Part shown: piece by piece, positions 23,901 to 38,900 of the stretch
How positions within the stretch are numbered: position 1 is the stretch's first letter
Layout of the letters: every line of letters begins with the position of its first letter
DNA from: Saccostrea echinata
Taxonomy: Eukaryota
Assembly (NCBI RefSeq): GCF_033153115.1
Contig: NW_026889803.1
Span: 12,586,001-12,650,000 of the forward strand
Reading direction: 5' to 3'
DNA length: 64,000 nt
Translations under genes and position numbers: made by a program
Notes under the pieces: model-generated
Seen by the model: the letters and a program-made list of their open reading frames with translations, nothing else
Told to the model about the DNA's origin: nothing
Database searches by the model: none

Positions 23901-26900
23901 TAGATGCATGTATAAGATCATTGGCCTAGTCATGATTTGCATATTGCTCTTTTTAGGAGCATATTTATTTCTAAATTTTAAAATTATTAGTGCATAAATA
24001 ATTTTAGAGAGTTCTACTGTTATCTATTTGTCATTGTGTTCTGCAGGTTTCATGCATTTCGCCCGACCCAGTTAATCAAAATTAAGTCAGTTTGTACCTA
24101 AATATATTATTTCAAAAGAAATTCATGCATGGGCAATGAAATTCAAAGACACGTACTGAAATACGGAATAAAAAGGGGGGTCTTTTAGCCGATAAACATT
24201 TTCATATTATTTTTGACTTAATTGAAGATAATCCGTATTATTGAATATTTCTGACTTAATGTATCGTTAAGAGTGTTTTTTAAAAATGTTTTTCCTTTAC
24301 TGACAATGTACTACAAAATGTATTGGTAAAAACTGACATGCATTAAAAATAAATATCTGCGGATTTCTGTTTGTTTGTTTTATTTGTTTTTTACTTTGAA
24401 AAAAAATTAAGTACCTCTTCTCTACCTCTTATGAAGGGTTTAATATAACGTAGTTTTCGCATCTTTTAACAGTATTTCTTTAGCAAGATAAACTCTCATC
24501 ATCTCACAATGAACTTGCGCAATAATATTAGCTTCATTTCTTTGATCGTTGTTCTTACATCGTTCAAAGGGAGATCATTTGAATACAGCCAGAGTTACCT
24601 TATGCAAATTTCACAAAATAACAGTTAAGCATTTGAAAGATTAGTATAAATGCGAGATTTCTGAGGGTGGTGGTGGGATAATCTCTAAAAGGTTATTAAC
24701 AAAAATTCTCTGCTTCTTTCTAATAAAGAAGGCACATTCACGCACATGTATCGGAAAGTGCACATGCATGCATAGTGCTGCAAATGCAGCCTGTGTACCC
24801 AAAATGTGCACCATCAACAACACTCGTACTTATTTCAAAGTTTCACAAATTGATTCATTTTTTTTTTCAAAACCTCGGATATTTTAATCCTAAGATACTT
24901 TCCTTTATTTATACAAATGAGTTATCTTTGTAAATCAGAATTGGGACGGAGTTAGTTGCATGAAAATGGTTTCAAAATAAAACTTTTTCTTTACAGTGTT
25001 TGAGAATGCAATTTTTGTAGGAAGATATAGCAATTGCAAAGGTGTGAGAGAGTAATTGCACGTGCTCAGTGCAGTTCCAAACAATATACACACAACAAGT
25101 TCCCGATTTCTTTCTGCTGTGAAGAAGTAAATACAAGGTCATTGTTGCAGTCTTTGAAAAGTAACTGTTTTGTCAGCTGAGCTCTAGTCATCACGTGACC
25201 AGTAACCGTTCAGCGCTATCAATAGAAAACGTGAAAGCTCTTATAATTACCGACGCTTTAGACTTATGTAGAATTTTGTGTAGATGCATGTATAAGATCA
25301 TTGGCCTAGTCATGATTTGCATATTGCTCTTTTTAGGAGCATATTTATTTCTAAATTTTAAAATTATTAGTGCATAAATAATTTTAGAGAGTTCTACTGT
25401 TATCTATTTGTCATTGTGTTCTGCAGGTTTCATGCATTTCGCCCGACCCAGTTAATCAAAATTAAGTCAGTTTGTACCTAAATATATTATTTCAAAAGAA
25501 ATTCATGCATGGGCAATGAAATTCAAAGACACGTACTGAAATACGGAATAAAAAGGGGGGTCTTTTAGCCGATAAACATTTTCATATTATTTTTGACTTA
25601 ATTGAAGATAATCCGTATTATTGAATATTTCTGACTTAATGTATCGTTAAGAGTGTTTTTTAAAAATGTTTTTCCTTTACTGACAATGTACTACAAAATG
25701 TATTGGTAAAAACTGACATGCATTAAAAATAAATATCTGCGGATTTCTGTTTGTTTGTTTTATTTGTTTTTTACTTTGAAAAAAAATTAAGTACCTCTTC
25801 TCTACCTCTTATGAAGGGTTTAATATAACGTAGTTTTCGCATCTTTTAACAGTATTTCTTTAGCAAGATAAACTCTCATCATCTCACAATGAACTTGCGC
25901 AATAATATTAGCTTCATTTCTTTGATCGTTGTTCTTACATCGTTCAAAGGGAGATCATTTGAATACAGCCAGAGTTACCATATGCAAATTTCACAAAATA
26001 ACAGTTAAGCATTTGAAAGATTAGTATAAATGCGAGATTTCTGAGGGTGGTGGTGGGATAATTTCTAAAAGGTTATTAACAAAAATTCTCTGCTTCTTTC
26101 TAATAAAGAAGGCACATTCACGCACATGTATCGGAAAGTGCACATGCATGCATAGTGCTGCAAATGCAGCCTGTGTACCCAAAATGTGCACCATCAACAA
26201 CACTCGTACTTATTTCAAAGTTTCACAAATTGATTCATTTTTTTTTTTTTCAAAACCTCGGATATTTTAATCCTAAGATACTTTCCTTTATTTATACAAA
26301 TGAGTTATCTTTGTAAATCAGAATTGGGACGGAGTTAGTTGCATGAAAATGGTTTCAAAATAAAACTTTTTCTTTACAGTGTTTGAGAATGCAATTTTTG
26401 TAGGAAGATATAGCAATTGCAAAGGTGTGAGAGAGTAATTGCACGTGCTCAGTGCAGTTCCAAACAATATACACACAACAAGTTCCCGATTTCTTTCTGC
26501 TGTGAAGAAGTAAATACAAGGTCATTGTTGCAGTCTTTGAAAAGTAACTGTTTTGTCAGCTGAGCTCTAGTCATCACGTGACCAGTAACCGTTCAGCGCT
26601 ATCAATAGAAAACGTGAAAGCTCTTATAATTACCGACGCTTTAGACTTATGTAGAATTTTGTGTAGATGCATGTATAAGATCATTGGCCTAGTCATGATT
26701 TGCATATTGCTCTTTTTAGGAGCATTTTTATTTCTAAATTTTAAAATTATTAGTGCATAAATAATTTTAGAGAGTTCTACTGTTATCTATTTGTCATTGT
26801 GTTCTGCAGGTTTCATGCATTTCGCCCGACCCAGTTAATCAAAATTAAGTCAGTTTGTACCTAAATATATTATTTCAAAAGAAATTCATGCATGGGCAAT

Positions 26901-29900
26901 GAAATTCAAAGACACGTACTGAAATACGGAATAAAAAGGGGGGTCTTTTAGCCGATAAACATTTTCATATTATTTTTGACTTAATTGAAGATAATCCGTA
27001 TTATTGAATATTTCTGACTTAATGTATCGTTAAGAGTGTTTTTTAAAAATGTTTTTCCTTTACTGACAATGTACTACAAAATGTATTGGTAAAAACTGAC
27101 ATGCATTAAAAATAAATATCTGCGGATTTCTGTTTGTTTGTTTTATTTGTTTTTTACTTTGAAAAAAAATTAAGTACCTCTTCTCTACCTCTTATGAAGG
27201 GTTTAATATAACGTAGTTTTCGCATCTTTTAACAGTATTTCTTTAGCAAGATAAACTCTCATCATCTCACAATGAACTTGCGCAATAATATTAGCTTCAT
27301 TTCTTTGATCGTTGTTCTTACATCGTTCAAAGGGAGATCATTTGAATACAGCCAGAGTTACCATATGCAAATTTCACAAAATAACAGTTAAGCATTTGAA
27401 AGATTAGTATAAATGCGAGATTTCTGAGGGTGGTGGTGGGATAATTTCTAAAAGGTTATTAACAAAAATTCTCTGCTTCTTTCTAATAAAGAAGGCACAT
27501 TCACGCACATGTATCGGAAAGTGCACATGCATGCATAGTGCTGCAAATGCAGCCTGTGTACCCAAAATGTGCACCATCAACAACACTCGTACTTATTTCA
27601 AAGTTTCACAAATTGATTCATTTTTTTTTTTCAAAACCTCGGATATTTTAATCCTAAGATACTTTCCTTTATTTATACAAATGAGTTATCTTTGTAAATC
27701 AGAATTGGGACGGAGTTAGTTGCATGAAAATGGTTTCAAAATAAAACTTTTTCTTTACAGTGTTTGAGAATGCAATTTTTGTAGGAAGATATAGCAATTG
27801 CAAAGGTGTGAGAGAGTAATTGCACGTGCTCAGTGCAGTTCCAAACAATATACACACAACAAGTTCCCGATTTCTTTCTGCTGTGAAGAAGTAAATACAA
27901 GGTCATTGTTGCAGTCTTTGAAAAGTAACTGTTTTGTCAGCTGAGCTCTAGTCATCACGTGACCAGTAACCGTTCAGCGCTATCAATAGAAAACGTGAAA
28001 GCTCTTATAATTACCGACGCTTTAGACTTATGTAGAATTTTGTGTAGATGCATGTATAAGATCATTGGCCTAGTCATGATTTGCATATTGCTCTTTTTAG
28101 GAGCATTTTTATTTCTAAATTTTAAAATTATTAGTGCATAAATAATTTTAGAGAGTTCTACTGTTATCTATTTGTCATTGTGTTCTGCAGGTTTCATGCA
28201 TTTTGCCCGACCCAGTTAATCAAAATTAAGTCAGTTTGTACCTAAATATATTATTTCAAAAGAAATTCATGCATGGGCAATGAAATTCAAAGACACGTAC
28301 TGAAATACGGAATAAAAAGGGGGGTCTTTTAGCCGATAAACATTTTCATATTATTTTTGACTTAATTGAAGATAATCCGTATTATTGAATATTTCTGACT
28401 TAATGTATCGTTAAGAGTGTTTTTTAAAAATGTTTTTCCTTTACTGACAATGTACTACAAAATGTATTGGTAAAAACTGACATGCATTAAAAATAAATAT
28501 CTGCGGATTTCTGTTTGTTTGTTTTATTTGTTTTTTACTTTGAAAAAAAATTAAGTACCTCTTCTCTACCTCTTATGAAGGGTTTAATATAACGTAGTTT
28601 TCGCATCTTTTAACAGTATTTCTTTAGCAAGATAAACTCTCATCATTTCACAATGAACTTGCGCAATAATATTAGCTTCATTTCTTTGATCGTTGTTCTT
28701 ACATCGTTCAAAGGGAGATCATTTGAATACAGCCAGAGTTACCTTATGCAAATTTCACGAAATAACAGTTAAGCATTTGAAAGATTAGTATAAATGCGAG
28801 ATTTCCGAGGGTGGTGGTGGGATAATCTCTAAAAGGTTATTAACAAAAATTCTCTGCTTCTTTCTAATAAAGAAGGCACATTCACGCATATGTATCGGAA
28901 AGTGCACATGCATGCATAGTGCTGCAAATGCAGCCTGTGTACCCAAAATGTGCACCATCAACAACACTCGTACTTATTTCAAAGTTTCACAAATTGATTC
29001 ATTTTTTTTTTTCAAAACCTCGGATATTTTAATCCTAAGATACTTTCCTTTATTTATACAAATGAGTTATCTTTGTAAATCAGAATTGGGACGGAGTTAG
29101 TTGCATGAAAATGGTTTCAAAATAAAACTTTTTCTTTACAGTGTTTGAGAATGCAATTTGTGTAGGAAGATATAGCAATTGCAAAGGTGTGAGAGAGTAA
29201 TTGCACGTGCTCAGTGCAGTTCCAAACAATATACACACAACAAGTTCCCGATTTCTTTCTGCTGTGAAGAAGTAAATACAAGGTCATTGTTGCAGTCTTT
29301 GAAAAGTAACTGTTTTGTCAGCTGAGCTCTAGTCATCACGTGACCAGTAACCGTTCAGCGCTATCAATAGAAAACGTGAAAGCTCTTATAATTACCGACG
29401 CTTTAGACTTATGTAGAATTTTGTGTAGATGCATGTATAAGATCATTGGCCTAGTCATGATTTGCATATTGCTCTTTTTAGGAGCATTTTTATTTCTAAA
29501 TTTTAAAATTATTAGTGCATAAATAATTTTAGAGAGTTCTACTGTTATCTATTTGTCATTGTGTTCTGCAGGTTTCATGCATTTCGCCCGACCCAGTTAA
29601 TCAAAATTAAGTCAGTTTGTACCTAAATATATTATTTCAAAAGAAATTCATGCATGGGCAATGAAATTCAAAGACACGTACTGAAATACGGAATAAAAAG
29701 GGGGGTCTTTTAGCCGATAAACATTTTCATATTATTTTTGACTTAATTGAAGATAATCCGTATTATTGAATATTTCTGACTTAATGTATCGTTAAGAGTG
29801 TTTTTTAAAAATGTTTTTCCTTTACTGACAATGTACTACAAAATGTATTGGTAAAAACTGACATGCATTAAAAATAAATATCTGCGGATTTCTGTTTGTT

Positions 29901-32900
29901 TGTTTTATTTGTTTTTTACTTTGAAAAAAAATTAAGTACCTCTTCTCTACCTCTTATGAAGGGTTTAATATAACGTAGTTTTCGCATCTTTTAACAGTAT
30001 TTCTTTAGCAAGATAAACTCTCATCATTTCACAATGAACTTGCGCAATAATATTAGCTTCATTTCTTTGATCGTTGTTCTTACATCGTTCAAAGGGAGAT
30101 CATTTGAATACAGCCAGAGTTACCTTATGCAAATTTCACGAAATAACAGTTAAGCATTTGAAAGATTAGTATAAATGCGAGATTTCCGAGGGCGGTGGTG
30201 GGATAATCTCTTAAAGGTTATTAACAAAAATTCTCTGCTTCTTTCTAATAAAGAAGGCACATTCACGCATATGTATCGGAAAGTGCACATGCATGCATAG
30301 TGCTGCAAATGCAGCCTGTGTACCCAAAATGTGCACCATCAACAACACTCGTACTTATTTCAAAGTTTCACAAATTGATTCATTTTTTTTTTCAAAACCT
30401 CGGATATTTTAATCCTAAGATACTTTCCTTTATTTATACAAATGAGTTATCTTTGTAAATCAGAATTGGGACGGAGTTAGTTGCATGAAAATGGTTTCAA
30501 AATAAAACTTTTTCTTTACAGTGTTTGAGAATGCAATTTTTGTAGGAAGATATAGCAATTGCAAAGGTGTGAGAGAGTAATTGCACGTGCTCAGTGCAGT
30601 TCCAAACAATATACACACAACAAGTTCCCGATTTCTTTCTGCTGTGAAGAAGTAAATACAAGGTCATTGTTGCAGTCTTTGAAAAGTAACTGTTTTGTCA
30701 GCTGAGCTCTAGTCATCACGTGACCAGTAACCGTTCAGCGCTATCAATAGAAAACGTGAAAGCTCTTATAATTACCGACGCTTTAGACTTATGTAGAATT
30801 TTGTGTAGATGCATGTATAAGATCATTGGCCTAGTCATGATTTGCATATTGCTCTTTTTAGGAGCATTTTTATTTCTAAATTTTAAAATTATTAGTGCAT
30901 AAATAATTTTAGAGAGTTCTACTGTTATCTATTTGTCATTGTGTTCTGCAGGTTTCATGCATTTCGCCCGACCCAGTTAATCAAAATTAAGTCAGTTTGT
31001 ACCTAAGTATGTTATTTCAAAAGAAATTCATGCATGGGCAATGAAATTCAAAGACACGTACTGAAATACGGAATAAAAAGGGGGGTCTTTTAGCCGATAA
31101 ACATTTTCATATTATTTTTGACTTAATTGAAGATAATCCGTATTATTGAATATTTCTGACTTAATGTATCGTTAAGAGTGTTTTTTAAAAATGTTTTTCC
31201 TTTACTGACAATGTACTACAAAATGTATTGGTAAAAACTGACATGCATTAAAAATAAATATCTGCGGATTTCTGTTTGTTTGTTTTATTTGTTTTTTACT
31301 TTGAAAAAAAATTAAGTACCTCTTCTCTACCTCTTATGAAGGGTTTAATATAACGTAGTTTTCGCATCTTTTAACAGTATTTCTTTAGCAAGATAAACTC
31401 TCATCATTTCACAATGAACTTGCGCAATAAAATTAGCTTCATTTCTTTGATCGTTGTTCTTACATCGTTCAAAGGGAGATCATTTGAATACAGCCAGAGT
31501 TACCTTATGCAAATTTCACAAAATAACAGTTAAGCATTTGAAAGATTAGTATAAATGCGAGATTTCTGAGGGTGGTGGTGGGATAATCTCTAAAAGGTTA
31601 TTAACAAAAATTCTCTGCTTCTTTCTAATAAAGAAGGCACATTCACGCACATGTATCGGAAAGTGCACATGCATGCATAGTGCTGCAAATGCAGCCTGTG
31701 TACCCAAAATGTGCACCATCAACAACACTCGTACTTATTTCAAAGTTTCACAAATTGATTCATTTTTTTTTTCAAAACCTCGGATATTTTAATCCTAAGA
31801 TACTTTCCTTTATTTATACAAATGAGTTATCTTTGTAAATCAGAATTGGGACGGAGTTAGTTGCATGAAAATGGTTTCAAAATAAAACTTTTTCTTTACA
31901 GTGTTTGAGAATGCAATTTTTGTAGGAAGATATAGCAATTGCAAAGGTGTGAGAGAGTAATTGCACGTGCTCAGTGCAGTTCCAAACAATATACACACAA
32001 CAAGTTCCCGATTTCTTTCTGCTGTGAAGAAGTAAATACAAGGTCATTGTTGCAGTCTTTGAAAAGTAACTGTTTTGTCAGCTGAGCTCTAGTCATCACG
32101 TGACCAGTAACCGTTCAGCGCTATCAATAGAAAACGTGAAAGCTCTTATAATTACCGACGCTTTAGACTTATGTAGAATTTTGTGTAGATGCATGTATAA
32201 GATCATTGGCCTAGTCATGATTTGCATATTGCTCTTTTTAGGAGCATTTTTATTTCTAAATTTTAAAATTATTAGTGCATAAATAATTTTAGAGAGTTCT
32301 ACTGTTATCTATTTGTCATTGTGTTCTGCAGGTTTCATGCATTTCGCCCGACCCAGTTAATCAAAATTAAGTCAGTTTGTACCTAAGTATATTATTTCAA
32401 AAGAAATTCATGCATGGGCAATGAAATTCAAAGACACGTACTGAAATACGGAATAAAAAGGGGGGTCTTTTAGCCGATAAACATTTTCATATTATTTTTG
32501 ACTTAATTGAAGATAATCCGTATTATTGAATATTTCTGACTTAATGTATCGTTAAGAGTGTTTTTTAAAAATGTTTTTCCTTTACTGACAATGTACTACA
32601 AAATGTATTGGTAAAAACTGACATGCATTAAAAATAAATATCTGCGGATTTCTGTTTGTTTGTTTTATTTGTTTTTTACTTTGAAAAAAAATTAAGTACC
32701 TCTTCTCTACCTCTTATGAAGGGTTTAATATAACGTAGTTTTCGCATCTTTTAACAGTATTTCTTTAGCAAGATAAACTCTCATCATTTCACAATGAACT
32801 TGCGCAATAAAATTAGCTTCATTTCTTTGATCGTTGTTCTTACATCGTTCAAAGGGAGATCATTTGAATACAGCCAGAGTTACCTTATGCAAATTTCACA

Positions 32901-35900
32901 AAATAACAGTTAAGCATTTGAAAGATTAGTATAAATGCGAGATTTCTGAGGGTGGTGGTGGGATAATCTCTAAAAGGTTATTAACAAAAATTCTCTGCTT
33001 CTTTCTAATAAAGAAGGCACATTCACGCACATGTATCGGAAAGTGCACATGCATGCATAGTGCTGCAAATGCAGCCTGTGTACCCAAAATGTGCACCATC
33101 AACAACACTCGTACTTATTTCAAAGTTTCACAAATTGATTCATTTTTTTTTTCAAAACCTCGGATATTTTAATCCTAAGATACTTTCCTTTATTTATACA
33201 AATGAGTTATCTTTGTAAATCAGAATTGGGACGGAGTTAGTTGCATGAAAATGGTTTCAAAATAAAACTTTTTCTTTACAGTGTTTGAGAATGCAATTTG
33301 TGTAGGAAGATATAGCAATTGCAAAGGTGTGAGAGAGTAATTGCACGTGCTCAGTGCAGTTCCAAACAATATACACACAACAAGTTCCCGATTTCTTTCT
33401 GCTGTGAAGAAGTAAATACAAGGTCATTGTTGCAGTCTTTGAAAAGTAACTGTTTTGTCAGCTGAGCTCTAGTCATCACGTGACCAGTAACCGTTCAGCG
33501 CTATCAATAGAAAACGTGAAAGCTCTTATAATTACCGACGCTTTAGACTTATGTAGAATTTTGTGTAGATGCATGTATAAGATCATTGGACTAGTCATGA
33601 TTTGCATATTGCTCTTTTTAGGAGCATTTTTATTTCTAAATTTTAAAATTATTAGTGCATAAATAATTTTAGAGAGTTCTACTGTTATCTATTTGTCATT
33701 GTGTTCTGCAGGTTTCATGCATTTCGCCCGACCCAGTTAATCAAAATTAAGTCAGTTTGTACCTAAATATATTATTTCAAAAGAAATTCATGCATGGGCA
33801 ATGAAATTCAAAGACACGTACTGAAATACGGAATAAAAAGGGGGGTCTTTTAGCCGATAAACATTTTCATATTATTTTTGACTTAATTAAAGATAATCCG
33901 TATTATTGAATATTTCTGACTTAATGTATCGTTAAGAGTGTTTTTTAAAAATGTTTTTCCTTTACTGACAATGTACTACAAAATGTATTGGTAAAAACTG
34001 ACATGCATTAAAAATAAATATCTGCGGATTTCTGTTTGTTTGTTTTATTTGTTTTTTACTTTGAAAAAAAATTAAGTACCTCTTCTCTACCTCTTATGAA
34101 GGGTTTAATATAACGTAGTTTTCGCATCTTTTAACAGTATTTCTTTAGCAAGATAAACTCTCATCATTTCACAATGAACTTGCGCAATAAAATTAGCTTC
34201 ATTTCTTTGATCGTTGTTCTTACATCGTTCAAAGGGAGATCATTTGAATACAGCCAGAGTTACCTTATGCAAATTTCACAAAATAACAGTTAAGCATTTG
34301 AAAGATTAGTATAAATGCGAGATTTCTGAGGGTGGTGGTGGGATAATCTCTAAAAGGTTATTAACAAAAATTCTCTGCTTCTTTCTAATAAAGAAGGCAC
34401 ATTCACGCACATGTATCGGAAAGTGCACATGCATGCATAGTGCTGCAAATGCAGCCTGTGTACCCAAAATGTGCACCATCAACAACACTCGTACTTATTT
34501 CAAAGTTTCACAAATTGATTCATTTTTTTTTTCAAAACCTCGGATATTTTAATCCTAAGATACTTTCCTTTATTTATACAAATGAGTTATCTTTGTAAAT
34601 CAGAATTGGGACGGAGTTAGTTGCATGAAAATGGTTTCAAAATAAAACTTTTTCTTTACAGTGTTTGAGAATGCAATTTGTGTAGGAAGATATAGCAATT
34701 GCAAAGGTGTGAGAGAGTAATTGCACGTGCTCAGTGCAGTTCCAAACAATATACACACAACAAGTTCCCGATTTCTTTCTGCTGTGAAGAAGTAAATACA
34801 AGGTCATTGTTGCAGTCTTTGAAAAGTAACTGTTTTGTCAGCTGAGCTCTAGTCATCACGTGACCAGTAACCGTTCAGCGCTATCAATAGAAAACGTGAA
34901 AGCTCTTATAATTACCGACGCTTTAGACTTATGTAGAATTTTGTGTAGATGCATGTATAAGATCATTGGACTAGTCATGATTTGCATATTGCTCTTTTTA
35001 GGAGCATTTTTATTTCTAAATTTTAAAATTATTAGTGCATAAATAATTTTAGAGAGTTCTACTGTTATCTATTTGTCATTGTGTTCTGCAGGTTTCATGC
35101 ATTTCGCCCGACCCAGTTAATCAAAATTAAGTCAGTTTGTACCTAAATATATTATTTCAAAAGAAATTCATGCATGGGCAATGAAATTCAAAGACACGTA
35201 CTGAAATACGGAATAAAAAGGGGGGTCTTTTAGCCGATAAACATTTTCATATTATTTTTGACTTAATTAAAGATAATCCGTATTATTGAATATTTCTGAC
35301 TTAATGTATCGTTAAGAGTGTTTTTTAAAAATGTTTTTCCTTTACTGACAATGTACTACAAAATGTATTGGTAAAAACTGACATGCATTAAAAATAAATA
35401 TCTGCGGATTTCTGTTTGTTTGTTTTATTTGTTTTTTACTTTGAAAAAAAATTAAGTACCTCTTCTCTACCTCTTATGAAGGGTTTAATATAACGTAGTT
35501 TTCGCATCTTTTAACAGTATTTCTTTAGCAAGATAAACTCTCATCATTTCACAATGAACTTGCGCAATAAAATTAGCTTCATTTCTTTGATCGTTGTTCT
35601 TACATCGTTCAAAGGGAGATCATTTGAATACAGCCAGAGTTACCTTATGCAAATTTCACAAAATAACAGTTAAGCATTTGAAAGATTAGTATAAATGCGA
35701 GATTTCTGAGGGTGGTGGTGGGATAATCTCTAAAAGGTTATTAACAAAAATTCTCTGCTTCTTTCTAATAAAGAAGGCACATTCACGCACATGTATCGGA
35801 AAGTGCACATGCATGCATAGTGCTGCAAATGCAGCCTGTGTACCCAAAATGTGCACCATCAACAACACTCGTACTTATTTCAAAGTTTCACAAATTGATT

Positions 35901-38900
35901 CATTTTTTTTTCAAAACCTCGGATATTTTAATCCTAAGATACTTTCCTTTATTTATACAAATGAGTTATCTTTGTAAATCAGAATTGGGACGGAGTTAGT
36001 TGCATGAAAATGGTTTCAAAATAAAACTTTTTCTTTACAGTGTTTGAGAATGCAATTTTTGTAGGAAGATATAGCAATTGCAAAGGTGTGAGAGAGTAAT
36101 TGCACGTGCTCAGTGCAGTTCCAAACAATATACACACAACAAGTTCCCGATTTCTTTCTGCTGTGAAGAAGTAAATACAAGGTCATTGTTGCAGTCTTTG
36201 AAAAGTAACTGTTTTGTCAGCTGAGCTCTAGTCATCACGTGACCAGTAACCGTTCAGCGCTATCAATAGAAAACGTGAAAGCTCTTATAATTACCGACGC
36301 TTTAGACTTATGTAGAATTTTGTGTAGATGCATGTATAAGATCATTGGCCTAGTCATGATTTGCATATTGCTCTTTTTAGGAGCATTTTTATTTCTAAAT
36401 TTTAAAATTATTAGTGCATAAATAATTTTAGAGAGTTCTACTGTTATCTATTTGTCATTGTGTTCTGCAGGTTTCATGCATTTCGCCCGACCCAGTTAAT
36501 CAAAATTAAGTCAGTTTGTACCTAAATATATTATTTCAAAAGAAATTCATGCATGGGCAATGAAATTCAAAGACACGTACTGAAATACGGAATAAAAAGG
36601 GGGGTCTTTTAGCCGATAAACATTTTCATATTATTTTTGACTTAATTGAAGATAATCCGTATTATTGAATATTTCTGACTTAATGTATCGTTAAGAGTGT
36701 TTTTTAAAAATGTTTTTCCTTTACTGACAATGTACTACAAAATGTATTGGTAAAAACTGACATGCATTAAAAATAAATATCTGCGGATTTCTGTTTGTTT
36801 GTTTTATTTGTTTTTTACTTTGAAAAAAAATTAAGTACCTCTTCTCTACCTCTTATGAAGGGTTTAATATAACGTAGTTTTCGCATCTTTTAACAGTATT
36901 TCTTTAGCAAGATAAACTCTCATCATTTCACAATGAACTTGCGCAATAAAATTAGCTTCATTTCTTTGATCGTTGTTCTTGCGTCGTTCAAAGGGAGATC
37001 ATTTGAATACAGCCAGAGTTACCTTATGCAAATTTCACAAAATAACAGTTAAGCATTTGAAAGATTAGTATAAATGCGAGATTTCTGAGGGTGGTGGTGG
37101 GATAATCTCTAAAAGGTTATTAACAAAAATTCTCTGCTTCTTTCTAATAAAGAAGGCACATTCACGCACATGTATCGGAAAGTGCACATGCATTCATAGT
37201 GCTGCAAATGCAGCCTGTGTACCCAAAATGTGCACCATCAACAACACTCGTACTTATTTCAAAGTTTCACAAATTGATTCATTTTTTTTTCAAAACCTCG
37301 GATATTTTAATCCTAAGATACTTTCCTTTATTTATACAAATGAGTTATCTTTGTAAATCAGAATTGGGACGGAGTTAGTTGCATGAAAATGGTTTCAAAA
37401 TAAAACTTTTTCTTTACAGTGTTTGAGAATGCAATTTTTGTAGGAAGATATAGCAATTGCAAAGGTGTGAGAGAGTAATTGCACGTGCTCAGTGCAGTTC
37501 CAAACAATATACACACAACAAGTTCCCGATTTCTTTCTGCTGTGAAGAAGTAAATACAAGGTCATTGTTGCAGTCTTTGAAAAGTAACTGTTTTGTCAGC
37601 TGAGCTCTAGTCATCACGTGACCAGTAACCGTTCAGCGCTATCAATAGAAAACGTGAAAGCTCTTATAATTACCGACGCTTTAGACTTATGTAGAATTTT
37701 GTGTAGATGCATGTATAAGATCATTGGCCTAGTCATGATTTGCATATTGCTCTTTTTAGGAGCATTTTTATTTCTAAATTTTAAAATTATTAGTGCACAA
37801 ATAATTTTAGAGAGTTCTACTGTTATCTATTTGTCATTGTGTTCTGCAGGTTTCATGCATTTCGCCCGACCCAGTTAATCAAAATTAAGTCAGTTTGTAC
37901 CTAAATATATTATTTCAAAAGAAATTCATGCATGGGCAATGAAATTCAAAGACACGTACTGAAATACGGAATAAAAAGGGGGGTCTTTTAGCCGATAAAC
38001 ATTTTCATATTATTTTTGACTTAATTGAAGATAATCCGTATTATTGAATATTTCTGACTTAATGTATCGTTAAGAGTGTTTTTTAAAAATGTTTTTCCTT
38101 TACTGACAATGTACTACAAAATGTATTGGTAAAAACTGACATGCATTAAAAATAAATATCTGCGGATTTCTGTTTGTTTGTTTTATTTGTTTTTTACTTT
38201 GAAAAAAAATTAAGTACCTCTTCTCTACCTCTTATGAAGGGTTTAATATAACGTAGTTTTCGCATCTTTTAACAGTATTTCTTTAGCAAGATAAACTCTC
38301 ATCATTTCACAATGAACTTGCGCAATAATATTAGCTTCATTTCTTTGATCGTTGTTCTTACATCGTTCAAAGGGAGATCATTTGAATACAGCCAGAGTTA
38401 CCTTATGCAAATTTCACAAAATAACAGTTAAGCATTTGAAAGATTAGTATAAATGCGAGATTTCTGAGGGTGGTGGTGGGATAATCTCTAAAAGGTTATT
38501 AACAAAAATTCTCTGCTTCTTTCTAATAAAGAAGGCACATTCACGCATATGTATCGGAAAGTGCACATGCATGCATAGTGCTGCAAATGCAGCCTGTGTA
38601 CCCAAAATGTGCACCATCAACAACACTCGTACTTATTTCAAAGTTTCACAAATTGATTCATTTTTTTTTTTCAAAACCTCGGATATTTTAATCCTAAGAT
38701 ACTTTCCTTTATTTATACAAATGAGTTATCTTTGTAAATCAGAATTGGGACGGAGTTAGTTGCATGAAAATGGTTTCAAAATAAAACTTTTTCTTTACAG
38801 TGTTTGAGAATGCGATTTTTGTAGGAAGATATAGCAATTGCAAAGGTGTGAGAGAGTAATTGCACGTGCTCAGTGCAGTTCCAAACAATATACACACAAC